The notes beneath the pieces are model-generated. The model ran no database searches. It was not told where the DNA came from and worked only from the letters and a program-made list of their open reading frames with translations. A DNA stretch of 63,244 nucleotides, filler included, from Collodictyon triciliatum (Eukaryota): assembly GCA_043381765.1 (NCBI GenBank). It is 5 parts of 5 records of this genome, joined end to end, with 100 filler letters (N's around TTAATTAATTAA, not from the genome) between each part and the next. Parts side by side here need not be neighbours in the genome. Positions count along the whole stretch, not along the records: positions 57,174 to 63,244 come from JBHJMP010001392.1; 4 more parts are not named here. One strand, written 5' to 3'. Positions 61,150 through 63,244 of this stretch are shown piece by piece (position 1 is the stretch's first letter; each line of letters begins with the position of its first letter). Made by a program: the position numbers and the translations under genes.

Positions 61150-62702
61150 ATGACCCAAGCATCAACCCCAGAAGGCTGCATCGATCTCGGCCTGGGTCAG
61201 CCGCAGCTGTCTCACTTGCCCACAAAGATCCTGCACGAATCTGCCGGGCAGCTCTTCCGCTTGGTACGAAACGCTGCCACTTCTCATGTCACATACGCAC
61301 AACCTTTTCTTTCTCACAAGAGACCCCTGTGCGATATCAAAGTCGCTGCCTTCACTTTGCCCTGGCCGAATGTTCATTCATGCTCCTCCTTTCCTTGACC
61401 TGCCCAAAGGCCGAGACCGATCCGAATGCCGCCGACTTTCTGACGTACGGCCTCGAGCAAGGAGCAGCCTCGTTCCGCACGCAGCTATGCGAGTATCTGC
61501 ACCGGAACGGACTCGGCTATCGCCCAAACCCAGAAAACATCTTTGTGACCAACGGCGCGTCGCAGGCCATCGAGCTGATTTGCGCCATCTACGGAGAGCC
61601 GGGCGCGGTTGTGCTTGCCGAAGACCCGACCTACTTTCTGGCGAGCGGCATCTTCAGGTCTCTGTGCATATCCCACGCTTCACTGACTCGCAAAGACCAA
61701 AAGCATCTGTTTGAATCTGCAGCATTTCCCTCACATATATATGTGTGTGTTTCATGCTGGTGCTGTATGGCCTTACCCAAGCATCCCCATCGCACACGTA
61801 GAGACCACGGGATGGATGTGATTGGGATGCCGAGCGACGAGAGCGGAATCGACACAGACCGGCTGGCGCAGCTTCTGCACAACTTGGAAGCACAGGGCAA
61901 AGCGCCGCGGATGCTCTACACAATCCCGACCTTCCAAAACCCCACCGGAAAAACACTGCCTCTTGCGCGCCGCAAGGCCTTGTGCAGCCTCAGCATGCAG
62001 CACGGATTCCGCATCGTGGCCGACGAGGTGTATCAGCTGCTACACTTCCCGTTACACCCTCCGCCACCGTCTATTACACAGGTCTTTTGCGCCACAGCCA
62101 CAGCCACAGCCACAGCCACATCAAGTGGCGTCCTCTCCATCGGGTCCTTCAGCAAGATCCTTGCTCCAGGATTGCGTCTCGGCTGGATTGAAGCCCCGGC
62201 CTCGGACATTGCGCGCCTCCACACGCGCGGATTCGTCCTGAGCGGCGGCGGCCTCAACCCGCTTGTGGGCGCCCTTGTGGAGCGCGCTCTCCTCTCCACG
62301 GCTGCTGACACCCACCTTTCTGCGCTCCGGGCGCTCTACAAAGGCCGCTGTGATGCCATGTGCGATGCGCTTGCGCGCCATTTTGCGGCTGTGGATGTGG
62401 ATGCAAATATGGGCAAAGGCCGCTGTGATGCAGTCTGGTTTCATCGCCCACTCGGCGGATACTTTGTCTGGGTCCATTTCCCCGCAGCCTTTGATGGCGC
62501 CCGCTTCCAGGAGTTTGCCCTCAGTTCGCCGTACAATGTAGGAGTTCGGCACGGCGTGCTGTTTGCGCCAGACCGCGCTAGGCCGAGTCCTGCGCTGCGC
62601 TCCTGTGTCCGGCTCTGCTTTGCTCACTATGATATCCCACTCATCGAGGAGGGCGTGGAGCGTCTTGCAGCTGCCTGGGCAGAGTTTGCCAAGGCCGTCT
62701 GA
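61150..62702 (+). CDS. PLP-dependent aminotransferase class I/II (2-aminoadipate transaminase/MocR-like), spliced
   Basis: IDLGLGQP, IFVTNGASQAI, EDPTYFLA, YTIPTFQNPTG, VADEVY, GSFSKILAPGLRLGW (PLP lysine), GGYFVW, VRLCFA. Confidence 0.92.
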
Positions 62703-63166
62703 GGACGGTGTGCTTGTTGGGCGGGTCTGGCTGCTTCGTCTTTTCTTTTTTCTTTCTATCTCTTGTTCTCTCCTTCTTTGTGGGGATGTGAGGATGTGTG
62801 CGATGCTGCTGCTTCCTTCGACAATAAACTGTTTTGGCAAACATGATGTAATAGTTATTTTCTGACTTTTGTCTATTTCTTTCTTTATGGCCAGCTGGTA
62901 TGTTTGACGGAAAATGACGTGCCCACTGGTATTTAGATTCAAGTGGGTGATGAGTCTTTTGCATATCCGTGATGCAGCAGCACTGAGAAGCGGGCGGCCG
63001 TGTCCTGTTGGGTGATGTCTTTGGGACTGCGCTCTGCCGACGAACGTGACAGTCGCGGGGATTTTCACTCTATTTGCGCCCTTTCCTTCGCACGACAAAC
63101 ATTCGCCATACAAAACGTCAATGCCAAACGCAAACATTCTCCGACTCGACTCTTCATTCCCCGTCT

Positions 63167-63244
63167 CAAAAACAAAAAACAAAAAAACAAAAAAACAAAA
63201 AAACAAAAAAACAAAAAAACAAAAAAACAAAAAAACAAAAAAAC
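63167..63244. repeat. (AAAAAAAC)n simple repeat
   Basis: Seen directly. Confidence 0.9.

Overview
AT-rich, intron-rich eukaryotic (probably protist) genomic DNA in the standard genetic code. The window is five assembly scaffolds joined by artificial N44-TTAATTAATTAA-N44 spacers, so adjacency across 11434-11533, 30473-30572, 46139-46238 and 57074-57173 is not biological. Host genes: a long ARM-repeat gene, a GPI-anchored CHRD-like protein, an LRR/multi-TM receptor (apparently pseudogenised, with twelve consecutive 69-nt one-repeat exons), CENP-V/GFA, a metacaspase, DNA polymerase theta, a coiled-coil protein, TCTP, a DH-PH-RhoGAP, mitoribosomal mS33 and a class I/II aminotransferase. Three things stand out. 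(1) An endogenous Polinton-like virus next to TCTP: rve integrase, AEP primase/SF3 helicase with no protein-primed PolB in the visible part, a ~270-bp imperfect palindrome, an A32-type packaging ATPase, and minor-capsid and fibre fragments; it is cut off by the scaffold end. (2) A decayed Fanzor1 (eukaryotic TnpB-like RNA-guided nuclease) with structured non-coding sequence at both ends. (3) A POLQ with intact helicase motifs but a polymerase domain that has lost the catalytic residues of motifs A, B and C. All family assignments come from motif recognition by eye; no database searches were run.
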